Part shown: in pieces, positions 40,099 to 52,661 of the stretch
Layout of the letters: each line of letters opens with the position of its first letter
Numbering within the stretch: position 1 is the first letter of the stretch
NCBI RefSeq assembly: GCF_006345805.1
Contig: NW_021832281.1
Span: forward strand, 62,001-126,000
DNA length: 64,000 nt
Direction: 5' to 3'
From: Octopus sinensis
Lineage: Eukaryota
Position numbers and translations under genes: made by a program
Notes under the pieces: model-generated
What the model was told of the DNA's origin: nothing
The model's database searches: none
What the model saw: the letters and a program-made list of their open reading frames with translations, nothing else

Positions 40099-40339
40099 AT
40101 ATACGACAGGCTTCTTTCGGTTTCCGTCTACCAAATCCACTAACAAGGTATTGGTTGACCCGGGGCTATAGCAGAAGACACTTGCCCAAGTTGCCACGCA
40201 GTGGGACTGAACCCGGAACCATGTGGTTGGTAAACAAGCTTCTTACCACACAGCCACTCCTGCACCTATACGCACTTTCTGACAAGTTGTGGTACACCTG
40301 AGCACTGTATGCAATAATTTCATTATTATTATTAAACTA

Positions 40340-40540
40340 GTTTTGCAAGTGCCCTTATACCTCAGTTTTGGCCTTCCTCTTGGTCTCTTGCCCTGGGCCA
40401 GTTCTCCATAGAGCAGATGCTTCAGGATTCGATGGTCATCCAGTCTCCTAATATGCCCCACCCACCTGTCTTCTCATACAAAAGATAGCTGTCATGCTTT
40501 GAAGATTCGCCTGGGCCGGCACTTCAACATTGGTGACCTT
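40340..40540 (-). mobile_element. RTE LINE fragment
   Basis: GHIRRLDDHRILKHLLYGELAQGKRPRGRPKLRY, typical RTE ORF2 C-terminus. Confidence 0.8.
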
Positions 40541-41579
40541 GTATAATATATACTCTTTTACTTGCTTCAGTCATTTGACTGTGGCCATGCTGGAGCACTG
40601 CCTTTAGTCGAGCAAATCGACCCCAGGACTTATTCTTTGTAAGCCTAGTACTTATTCTATCGGTCTCTTTTGCCGAACAGCTAAGTTACGGTGATATAAC
40701 CACACCAAGGGCAGAAACGTTAGCACCCCGGGCGAAATGCTAAGCAGTATTTCGTCTGTCGTTACATTCTGAGTTCAAATTCCGCAGAGGTCGACTTTGC
40801 CTTTTATCCTTTCGGGGTCGATAAATTAAGTACCAGTTATGCACTGGGGTCGATATAATCGACTTAATCCGTTTGTCTGTCCTTGTTTGTCCCCTCTATG
40901 TTTAGCCCCTTGTGGATAGTAAAGAAATAGGTATTTCGTCTGTCTTTATGTTCTGAGTTCAAATTCCGCCGAGGTCGACTTTGCCTTTCATCCTTTCGGG
41001 GTCGATAAATTAAGTACCAGTTACGCACTGGGGTCAATGTAATCGACTTAATCCGTTTGTCTGTCCTTGTTTGTCCTCTCTATGTTTAGCCCCTTGTGGG
41101 TAGTAAAGAAATAGATATAACCACACCAGCATCGATTATGCCATATATAAGTGCTTCTCTTAAGTAAGGATGGGTCACATGTAAGGGTGCCTCTTATACT
41201 GTGGCAAAGATGGTAATAAACTTCACCCCTTCTAAACTTTATGCCTTATGTGAAGGCATGTCTTATGCTAGGGGACATCTTATACACCAGAAAATATGCT
41301 GATCCTCTTCAGCCATGCTAAACCTCTCTGCTGATCTTGAACCAGATCAATAACCAATCCATAAACAACAGACAACGAACAACAGCAATAAATACAACAA
41401 AATTTTATTCACAGAAATTTGGTTGATTCAGTTCAGATTGAAGTCATGTGACTTCTGACTCCCTCCTCCCCTCGCTCCTTATTAAGGGGAGAGGAAAAAG
41501 AGGAACAAAAAAGAGGAGGAGGAGGAGAGGGGAGGGTGCAGGAGTCCTAATTACTCTTTCCTAGATCAGGGTGGGAAAG

Positions 41580-41643
41580 GGTTTAGTTTTGCACTGGAGA
41601 CTAAAACTTAGGGGACAATGTCTGTGTCTACGCATATATATAT

Positions 41644-41675
<32 letters not shown>

Positions 41676-41820
41676 CATACACACACATACATACCACATA
41701 TATATATATATACATACAGATATGTATATATATACACACATATACATACATATATAATACACATATATACCAACATATATATATATGCACATATATACAC
41801 ATGTATACTTATACATATAT

Positions 41821-41856
<36 letters not shown>

Positions 41857-42146
41857 CACATACACACATGTCTATATAAATTTATTTACAATTTTATATA
41901 AATATAAATATATATAATAAATATATTTATAAATATATATATAGACACATATATCTATATATTACGTATATAAATTAAGTAATATATATTAATATATATT
42001 ATATTATATATCTATGTATATATTATATAGCATATATATATCTCAATATATATGTATATATATGTGGTGTATATATATATGGTTCAAATGTACTATGTGT
42101 GTGTGAGTATATATACATACATACATATATACATACATATATATAT

Positions 42147-42179
<33 letters not shown>

Positions 42180-42558
42180 CATACATACATACATACATAT
42201 ATATATATATATACATACATACATACATAATATATATATACATACATACATATATATAATACATACATACATACATAATATATACATACTACATACATAC
42301 ATACATATATATATATATACATACATACATACATATATATTATATACATACATACATACATACATATATATATACATACATATATATATACATACATACA
42401 TACATATATATATGTACATACATACATACATACATATACATACATATATATACATACATACATATATATATATACATACATACATATATATATATATATA
42501 CATACATACATATATATACATACATACATATATATATATACATACATACATATATATA

Positions 42559-42594
<36 letters not shown>

Positions 42595-42601
42595 TATATA
42601 C

Positions 42602-42636
<35 letters not shown>

Positions 42637-42640
42637 CACA
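41580..42640. repeat. (TA)n/(TACA)n microsatellite block
   Basis: Direct inspection. Confidence 0.95.
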
Positions 42641-43049
42641 CGTTTTTGCTGTGCAAATAGATTCTTTGATTAAACTACAAACGTGAGTGTATATTTATAA
42701 ATATTGATATACACACAGGTTAATTATATACAAAAACATACAGTTGTTATTAAACTATAGAGATGAGTGTATATTTATACATACACACATGTTAATTATA
42801 TACACAAATACGCTGTCTTGTTATTAAACTACTTGGGTGAGTATATATTTATATATACATGCACACGTCAATATATACACACAAACACGCTGTTTCATTA
42901 CTTTAATTAATATATAAATAAATAAATATTGGTTTGTTGTGGGTAGCATTTTGTAGTTGTTGCCGGTGGTGGGCAAGGGTGGGTGGGCTTTTGCTGATGG
43001 GAATCTGTGTCCTCCACGCTTTGTTTTGAGGTTATTTACTTTATATCAT

Positions 43050-43099
43050 CAATGATGACGACGATGACGACGACGATGATAATAATAATAATAATAATA

Positions 43100-43182
<83 letters not shown>

Positions 43183-43214
43183 TAATAATAATAAATAATA
43201 ATATAATAATGATG

Positions 43215-43259
<45 letters not shown>

Positions 43260-43276
43260 TAATAATAATAATAATG

Positions 43277-43310
<34 letters not shown>

Positions 43311-43312
43311 TG
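43050..43312. repeat. (AAT)n microsatellite
   Basis: Direct inspection. Confidence 0.95.
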
Positions 43313-45419
43313 GTTTCAAATCTTGCCACTAGGGCAGCAGTTTTGGGGGAGGGGATGAGTCGATTACACCAACCCCAATATTTCACTGGTACTTAATCTA
43401 TTGACCCAGACAGGATGAAAAGTGAAATCAACCTCAGTGGAATTTGAACTCAGAATGTAGTGACAGACAAAATACCACTAAGCATTTCACCCAGTGTGCT
43501 AATGATTGAGGGAGCAGTGCATGCCATCAAAGTGTCCCTGGGGTAAAATATACGAAGCCCGATATACCCATCACGACTACCCGTCTGATAAGGGTACACC
43601 AGGCACATGCATCACAACCATATGTGCACAACATGGTGATCCTATATCAAGATAAACAGCACAAGACCTTGCAGGTGGGGCCCAGTTAGAATTTTCTTCA
43701 GGTTGAGTAACCCATCCTGCTCAAACGGTCCCTGAATAAGGGTTGTTTAAGGATGTTGAAAGAACCACCCATGTTTCCAGAGGTGAACTATTCAAACCCC
43801 AAAGAATCCCTCTCAACACATGGCTATGATGCTCCCCCACTACTTCTGCTCGTGATCAGAGATGCACATATCGTCAGCCACTAAGGGACATGCTCAACTG
43901 GTTAAGGTCAAACAACTGACAAGCAAATCTGTGGTATTGAGCAGAATATTTGCTGTAGCCCATCTTTTATACCAAGACAAAACAATGTACATGATAACAC
44001 TTCCAATCAGTTAAGACAAGAAGCCACGAGAGCCACTGCCTGGTACCTGCATCAGGGCATTTATTATTATTATTATTATTGCTTCGGGGTGGGGTCAAGT
44101 CAATTACATTGACCCCAGAAATCAATAGATATTAAATTTTTCATCCTTTGAGGGTCAATAAAATGAATACCAGTTGATCACAGGGGATCAATGCAAATGC
44201 CCCCTCCACTGAAATTACTGGCCTTGTGTCACAGTTTAGAACCCTTATTGTAATAATAAGTACCGGTGTCGTCCCTGTTTCTCTATCATTACAGCCGGAT
44301 CTTCTCCTTCATCTTTTCCCTCCCGGTTCTTAATGTCCAGTTGAACCTCATCTCTCTTTCATAACACACTATTCCTTCTCCTGACAATAGACTTTGATGA
44401 AATGGACAGTCAGCTCGCTGGCTGGCTGGTCGGTTGGCTGAACCCTTGTTTTTCTCCCTAAGCTGGATGACAAACAGCACCTCCACTCTGATCCCTCTAC
44501 CCTGTAAAAAACTATCAATCATGCTCTCTTTGTATCACCAACATTATTGTCCTCATAATCATTAATACAATCATCGTCATCGTCATCACCATCATTATCA
44601 TCATCAAGGAGGCGCAATGGCCCAGTGGTTAGGGCAGCGGACTCGCGGTCAGAGGATTGCGGTTTCGATTCCCAGACCGGACGTTGTATGAATTTATTGA
44701 GTGAAAACACCTAAAACTCCACAAGGCTCCAGCAGGGGGTGGTGGCGACCCCTGTTGTACTCTTTCGCTACAACTTTCTCTCTCACTCTTTCTTCCTGTT
44801 TCTTGTCCCCGACTTCCTACGCAACCACTGAGCCCGGATGCGCATTCATCCATCCGTTGATGCTCTAGGTGTCGGGGGTTGACCTGCTCTCTCTTCTGCG
44901 TGTCTTACGAATAGCAAAGGACCACGTTTCGGACTTCTCCCAAACACTCAACAAACAAACAAACAATCATCATCATCATCGTCATCGTCATCGTCATCAT
45001 CATCATCGTCATCATCATCATCATCATCATCGTCATTGCTAATTTATTCTATTACAGCCATGTTCTGTGAGTTAATAATAAAAGTATTCGTAGGCAAAAT
45101 TGTTAATTAATTCCCCCTCGTTATCATGATGATGATGATGATAATTATCATAGTCATCTCCATCATTATCACGATCACTGTCACCATCATCATCACCACC
45201 ACCACCACCACCACCACCAACTACAATCACCATCATCATCATTGTCATCGTCGTCAGCGTCATCACAATCAATGTCAACCACGTTTTGTCAACACAAGCC
45301 ATGATGTGTGCAGTTGATCTGCTATAACTACCCCACCATCATACACACACACGTATACAAATATCATATGCATATGTGTGTTTTATATATACATGTGTGT
45401 GTGTGTGTGTGTGTATTAA

Positions 45420-45452
45420 TAGATAGACAGAGATAAATAGATAGATAGAGAG

Positions 45453-45504
<52 letters not shown>

Positions 45505-45584
45505 GGATGGATAGATAGAGATAGATAGAGAGAGATAGATAGATAGATAGATAGATAGGTAGATAGAGAGAGAATGAGAGAGAG

Positions 45585-45620
<36 letters not shown>

Positions 45621-45815
45621 GGATGGATAGATAGAGATAGATAGAGAGGATAGATAGATAGATAGATAGATAGGTAGATAGAGAGAGATATGAGAAGAGA
45701 GAAAGAGAGATAGATAGATAGATAGATAGATAGATGGATGGATAGATAGAGATAGATAGAGAGAGAGAGATAGATAGATAGATAGATAGGTAGATAGAGA
45801 GAGAATGAGAGAGAG

Positions 45816-45853
<38 letters not shown>

Positions 45854-45879
45854 GTAGATAGAGAGAGAATGAGAGAGAG

Positions 45880-45926
<47 letters not shown>

Positions 45927-46050
45927 TAGATAGATAGATAGATAGATAGACAAGAAAATAGATAGATATGGATACATAGATAGATAGATGGTTGGGTAGA
46001 TAAGCAGACAGATTGATAGAGAGGAAGATGGACAGACAGACAGACAGACA
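45420..46050. repeat. (AGAT)n compound microsatellite
   Basis: Direct inspection. Confidence 0.95.
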
Positions 46051-46393
46051 ACTATATATGCACACACACATGCACATGAAGAAGTACCGAGTACACTGCC
46101 AGGTGGTTGGCATTAGGAAGGGCATCGAGCCGTAGGAACCACACCAAAAGCAGACATAGGGGCTTGATGTGGTCCTTCGGCTTGTCAAACTGTTCAACAC
46201 GGGATACGAGCAAAGACACTAAATGATGAGGACAATGATATTGTCACACACACAACATATATATATGTGTATATATATATATGTGTGGTATATATATATA
46301 CACCCACCCACATAGAGATGTCACAACCTTTGTTTTTTAATGTTTGCACATTTCAGTTAATTCTTATCATCTTCTGTGACGAGATAAGGAAAT

Positions 46394-46424
<31 letters not shown>

Positions 46425-46610
46425 CTCATTACCATCACCATCGCCATCATCATCACCACACCACCACCACCACCACCACCACCACCATCACCACCATCTC
46501 AGTATGCAAGCCAATCTTTGTAGCAGTTCTCATTATTATGATTATTTTTATTATTATCATTATTATTATTATCATCATCATCATCATCATTATTATTATC
46601 ATTATTATTC

Positions 46611-46650
<40 letters not shown>

Positions 46651-46744
46651 CATTTTGGTTTGGCTTTGGTTCTGTCGTATTCCTGGTAGGATCTACGTGG
46701 GTAACCTTAGGTATCCACCAAATTTTCAGCAGTCTTTCAAGTGC

Positions 46745-46945
46745 TTAGAACCTTAGAACCTTCCTAATAATCCTTGCTGTCCCCAAGAGACTATCATTCT
46801 GTAGGATCTCTCATCAGGCATTCTATTCCAATTTTCTTTCAGCCATTCGTCTATATCTTGGCTTACTGTCCCCCCAAGCACCAATTATTATAGGCACGAC
46901 CTTTACTGTTTGCATGCTCCAAGTTCTTCCTATTTCAAATTTTAG
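46745..46945 (-). mobile_element. Restriction-like-endonuclease (R2/R4-type) LINE 3' fragment
   Basis: Frameshifted VKVVPIIIGA.GTVS and LLGTARIIRKVL motifs. Confidence 0.7.
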
Positions 46946-47579
46946 GGGAATTGTATTTTATTATCGTTATTAAAAGCACCATCTGATTGTGGCCATTGCC
47001 AGCCTCGCCTGGCCCCCGTGCCGGTGGCATGTAGAAAGCACCATCCGACAGTGGCTGTTGCCATCCTCACCTGGCCCCCATGCCGGTGGCACATAAAAAG
47101 CACCATCCGACCATGGCACGTAAAAAGCACCCACTACACTCATGGAGTGGTTGGTGTTAGGAAGGGCATCCAGCCGTAGAAACATTGCCAGATCAGACTG
47201 GGCCTGGTGCAGCCTTCTGGCTTCCCAGATCCCAGTTGAACCGTCCAATCCATGCTAGCATGGAAAGCGGACGCTAAACGATGATGATGATGATGATGAT
47301 AATTATCATCGTTACTGCACCGGACAAAATGTGAAGATACCGACGACCGCTCGGTTCAAAGTCTCTCTTGACCAGAAATGGCCTGAACTCTTTGTATGAC
47401 CACCCTCCCTGTACATAACTCCCTGTCCCCTTACATGGCCTTGCTTTTTGCTTTTTGAGCCAATAAAAATCGAATTAAAATTGAAATTGAAAATATGTGA
47501 CATGTTACGTTGCAAGCCACATGTGACACGGGTCGGCGGCGCTAATGGTGGAGACGGTGGTTTAACAGTGACGTAGTCT

Positions 47580-50067
47580 CTATGGCTGGTTGTAGTGGTG
47601 GTAATGGTGATGGTGATGGTACTCGTGGATGTGGCGATGTTCATGATGTTGCACCAGCAATAGCTGCTGCTGGTGCTGTTCGCTGCTGTTGTGCAGTGGT
47701 TGCAGAAGTTCTCGTTGCACCATTGGATGCAACGGAGCAAGCACTTGCTCGGGGTTTGTTGCATGCTGCACGGCCACCACGGGGCCACACTCTGCGCATG
47801 CGTCGGCGCCGCTGCCGCTGCCCCCCCGCGATGGATACGCTTCGCTGCATCCAGCGTGGTGGCAGTGGCGGTGGGAGTGGCGATGGTGGTGGTGGTGGTG
47901 TCGGCGATGGTGGTGGTGGTGTTGGTGATGCAAGTGTGCATCGGCTGTTGCTGATGTTGTTGTCGTCGTGGTCGCTGCTGCTGCTGTGGATGCAATTGTC
48001 GCAAGCGCTGATGTTGTTGTTGTCGTTGCTGCTGCTGCAGTCACTGTAAATGCATGCGATGATGATGATGATAATGATGATGATATTGGCGTTGTCGTAG
48101 CAACCGCTGAAATTGCTGCTGTAGTCGCTGTTGTCAACGACGATGTTGTCACTGCTGCTCCCACCGTTGTCATGGTCACTGCCGCTGCCAACGGCAACAC
48201 GCTGCCCATCGGCGACGGCCTCTGCCCATGCTGTAGCAACGAGGTCGCTGCTGCACCCTGCTTCCTCTCCGTCGCATCCGTGCCGTGCGACGGCAGATTC
48301 GCAGCCACCCTCTCCCCACCCCCGCCAGAACGCACCCGACCTGCATGCCGCAAGCACCTGCTGCACAAACACTCGGTGCACATCTTGCTGCCGCCGTTCG
48401 ACAACACCTTGCACTTATTTATCTCATTCTGCATGGTAACCCACCTATCACTGCACATACCATTACCACCATTCATGTTGTTGCTGCTGTTGTTATTCGC
48501 GGCGGTGGTGGTGGTGGTGGTGGTGGTGGCGGTGGTGGTTGTGTTGTTACTATGGTGATGACGCTGATGCGAGTTCGTACTGTAATTGCTGCTGTTGTTG
48601 TTATTGTTGTTGATGATGCTTTTGTTGATGTTGTTATGGTGATGGTGGTGGTGGTGGTGATGATGTGGATGGGAGTGGGCGTTTGCGCTTTTGTTGCTAT
48701 GGTGATGGTGATGATGATTGTGATGGTGATGGTGATGGTTGTTTCTACTTTCACTTTCATTATCATTATTATTATTATTGTTATTATTATTATTATTACT
48801 ACTATGATTATTATTGTTGTTGTTATTATTGTTGTTGTTGTTGTGTTTGTGATGCACCGGGACTTGCGTGTCTCTTTTGCCACTTGCGACCGCATTGCAG
48901 TTGGCGTTGTTGTTGTTGTTGCTGCGATTGCCGTGGTTGTGGTTGGTGTTGCAGTTGTTGTACAAGTGGCTTGTGGTGTCCGCCGGTTCGGTGTGGCGCT
49001 TGTTCGAGGCGGCGCAACAACAGTTGCTCCCCACGTTGTGCTTGGTAGCGTTCTTGTGGCACTTTCTACTGCACGCCTTGCACCTAACGTGGCCACCACC
49101 GCTGAGACCACCGCCCGGAACTGTGACCACTGGATCCATGTGATCTTCTGGCCAGCTGGAGCAACAGCAGCCGTTGCTGTTATTGTTGTTGTTGTTGTCG
49201 TCGTAGCAACCAGATGTCACCGCTGCTTGTTTCTCATTGAGCAATTTTTTTGCTTCCTTTCTCTTCTTCTTCCTCCTCCTCCTCGCCTCTTCATCTGGGT
49301 CTTTTACATGGCCGCCACCGCCACCACCACCACCACCACCACCACCACCTCCGCCGCCGTCGGCAATATCGTAGTTCTGTTCTGCCTTCTTCCCCACTGC
49401 GGCCCCGCGACAACACCGGTCGGGCAGCGCGAGCGACAACGGGAGCGGTGGCGGATGATGCGGATGCGGATGCGAGCGAGGATGCGCCGCGTGATGCGGC
49501 GCACTCGCGGTGCACGCGTCGGGCCGAGGCACGAGGTGGAGCGTCGGGGCGCCACACCCGGGGCCGAACTTGATCACGGCGTCGTAGGTGCACGTCGGCA
49601 TTAGCGGCGCCACCACAGAATCTCTGCAGGCATTCACCGTGGGCGCGTTTGTGGCACACGGAAGTGTAATTGTCGCGTGGAGCCTTGTACGCTGCTGCTG
49701 CTGCTGCTGCTGTTGATGGTGGTTCTTCTGTTCCACGATGGACGTGGTACCGGGATCTAATCCAGCAAGGTCCAAGCAGTTACCGCCCTTCCTCCTCCTC
49801 CTCCTCTCCTCAGCCACGTCCTCCTCTTCTTCCCTCTTGTTGTTATCATCCTCATCATTGTTGTTGGTGTTGTTGTTGTTGATGTTGTGGCATGGATCCT
49901 GGTTCTCGATGCCCTGCTTCCTCGTGCCGCTGTGCTTGTGCCTCTTGCCCTCTCTGTGGTGGTGGTGGTGGTGGTGGTGATGATGGTAGCGGTGCCGCTG
50001 GTGGTGGTGGTGGTGATGATGATGATGGTGTGGTTGATGGTGCTCTTGGCTGGTTTCGGGCAGCTTC
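47580..50067 (-). CDS. NKD: NKD terminal coding exon (~829 aa, His/Asn/Gln/Thr/Ala/Gly tracts, ends VQHHEHRHIHEYHHHHHYHHYNQP*)
   Basis: tttgcag acceptor at 50068, phase 2 continues in frame into ORF 47580-49817; LDLAG and FGPG motifs and C-terminal His cluster match NKD1 (VQRHEHHHHHEHHHHYHHF); TAG at 47580-47582. Confidence 0.88.
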
Positions 50068-50529
50068 CTGCAAATAGATGAAGAACGAAAAAAAAAAACA
50101 ATGTTAGGTTACTATAGCAACAACAATCATCAACCCCCTTCCTTCTTCCCACACTAACCTTAAAGCCCTTCCCAGAAGAAATATAGTTTGTGTTGATGCC
50201 ACATAAAAAGCACTGATTTTGGGGTCACAAATAAAGCATCTTATTTCTTTACTACCCACAAGGGGCTAAACATAGAGGGGACCAACAAGAACAGACAAAG
50301 GGATTAAGTCGATTACATCGACCCCAGTGCGTAACTGGTACTTAATTTATCGACCCCGAAAGGATGAAAGGCAAAGTCAACCTCAGTGGAATTTGAACTC
50401 AGAACATAACGGCAGATGAAATACCGCTAAGCGTTTTGCCCAGCGTGCTAACGGTTCTGCCAGCTCGCCTGACCTTAAAATAAAGTATCTGTGCTGGTGC
50501 CAGTGCCATGTGAAAAGCACAAGTGACAC

Positions 50530-51830
50530 ATGAAAAGCACCCATGCTGGGGCCACATAAAAAGCACTCATGCTGGGACCACATAAAGTGCACCCATTCTG
50601 GGGCCACATAAAAAGCACCCATTCTGGGGCCACATAAAAAGCATCTGTGCTGGGGCCACATAAAAAGCACCCATTCTGGGGTCACATAAAAAGCACCCAT
50701 GCTGGGGCCACATAAAAGCACCCATGCTGGGGCCACATAAAAAGCACCCATTCTGGGGCCACATAAAAAGCATCTGTGCTGGGGTTACATAAAAAGCACC
50801 CATTCTGGGGTCACATAAAAAGCACCCATGCTGGGGCCACATAAAAGCACCCATGCTGGGGCCACATAAAAAGCACCCATTCTGGGGCCACATAAAAAGC
50901 ATCTGTGCTGGGGTTACATAAAAAGCACCCATTCTGGGGTTACATAAAAAGCACCCATGCTGGGGCCACATAAAGTGCACCCATGCTGGGGCCACATAAA
51001 GTGCACCCATGCTGGGACCAGATAAAAAGCGCCCATTCTGGGGCCACATAAAAAGCATCTGTGCTGGGGCCATATAAAGTGCACCCATTCTAGGGCCACA
51101 TAAAGTGCACCCATGCTGGGGCCACATAAAAAGCACCCATTCTGGGACCACATAAAGTGCACCCATTCTGGGGCCACGTAAAGTGCACCCATGCTGGGGC
51201 CACATAAAAAGCACCCATTCTGGGGCCACATAAAAAACCTCTGTGCTGGGGCCACATAAAGTGCACCCATTCTGGGGCCACATAAAAAGCACCCATTCTG
51301 GGGCCACATAAAAAACCTCTGTGCTGGGGCCACATAAAGTGCACCCATTCTGGGTCCACATAAAAAGTACCCATTCTGGGGCCACATAAAAAGCACCCAT
51401 TCTGGGGCCACATAAAAAGCATCTGTGCTGGGGTCACATAAAAAGCACCCATTCTGGGGGTCACATATTAAATGACACCCATGCTGGGGCCACATAAAAA
51501 GCACCCATGCTGGGGCCACATAAAAAGCACCCATGCTGGGGCCACATAAAGTGCACCCATGCTGGGGCCACATAAAAAGCACCCATGCTGGGGCCACATA
51601 AAAAGCACCCATTCTGGGGCCACATAAAAAGCACCCATGCTGGGGCCACATAAAAAGCACCCATTCTGGGGCCACATAAAGTGCACCCATTCTGGGGCCA
51701 CATAAAAAGCATCTGTGCTGGGGCCACATAAAAAGCATCTGTGCTGGGGCCACATAAAAAGTACCCATGCTGGGGCCACATAAAAAGCACCCATTCCGGG
51801 GTCACATAAAAAGCATCTGAGCTGGCCCCA
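50530..51830. repeat. 25-26 bp minisatellite (ggccacataaaaagcacccatgctgg), about 50 units, in NKD intron
   Basis: Direct inspection; unit shares cacataaaaagcacc with family D subrepeats. Confidence 0.95.
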
Positions 51831-51859
51831 CATACAAAGCACCGCTGCTGGTGCACTGT

Positions 51860-52052
51860 AAAGAGAGAGAGGTGTAGAGAGAAAGAGAGAGAGAGATGTG
51901 TAGAGAGAGGGAGAGAGTGTTGGAGAGAGAGAGTGAAAAGAGAGCAAAAGAGAGGCAGAGAAATGCAGAGGGAGAAAGGGAGGCAAAGAGGAGAGAGATG
52001 GAGAGATGGAGAGAGAGAGAGAGAGATGGAGAGAGAGAGAGAGAGAGAGATG

Positions 52053-52128
<76 letters not shown>

Positions 52129-52150
52129 TGGAGAGAGAGAGAGAGAGAGA
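51860..52150. repeat. (GA)n microsatellite next to NKD donor site
   Basis: Direct inspection. Confidence 0.95.
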
Positions 52151-52176
52151 AGTAAGTATGTAGTAAGTTGTGTCAC

Positions 52177-52661
52177 CTTGTCATCTGTTGTTGTTGGTTT
52201 CTTAACATGTTCTCTTGGATCAACTCGGTCAATCTCCGTTGCTCCTGGCAACTCAACACCAACCGATGACCAAGGCTGGTTGCACTCGACAACCGGCCCC
52301 CGCCGTGAAGCTTTGACCGGCTGCTCTCCTTCACAGCCTCCACATCAGCAGCGACGATATAGTTGTTGACTTTGGTCGCGCTCTGGTCAACAGCGGTGGT
52401 CAGTTTGTTGTCCAGACCGATCTCCTTCCACCCTGCGTTGTCTTCGTCTCGGCCACTCACACCGATGCTCTTCAATTTGGCCTTCTTCTTCGTCAGCGGG
52501 GCCCCGTTGTCCTTGTCTCTCTGTGCAGCCGTGTCGGCCTCCAGCTGGCTGTTGTCTTGACCAATCGAAAGTCGCAGCTTCAGGGTCTTTCTCCCGTTCA
52601 GGGGCAACTTCAGCGATGACCCTACAGCATCATACAGGGTTTGAAACAAGTTGGCCACTTC
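52177..52661 (-). CDS. NKD: NKD exon, EFX C-half (EVANLFQTLYDAVGSSLKLPLNGRKTLKLRLSIGQD...)
   Basis: tgtttag acceptor; 485 nt phase 0-2; matches NKD LLHTIYEVV..S....P..SKxLRVKLTV pattern; AG|GTGACA donor. Confidence 0.88.

Noticed and set aside
42023-46200. Tyr/Ile/Met/His-rich and Ser/Leu/Ile/Tyr-rich ORFs of 100-280 aa
   Set aside because: Translations of (TACA)n, (AAT)n and (AGAT)n microsatellites
47312-50152. Long antisense and alternative-frame ORFs over the NKD terminal exon (e.g. 48285-49604 +, 439 aa)
   Set aside because: By-products of CAC/AAC/ACC trinucleotide tracts; only the minus 47580 frame carries NKD motifs and fits the splice phase
50567-51986. Repetitive 270-280 aa ORFs (MGAFYVAPEWVLFMWPQ...)
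   Set aside because: Translations of a 25-26 bp minisatellite whose unit length is mostly not a multiple of three; intronic
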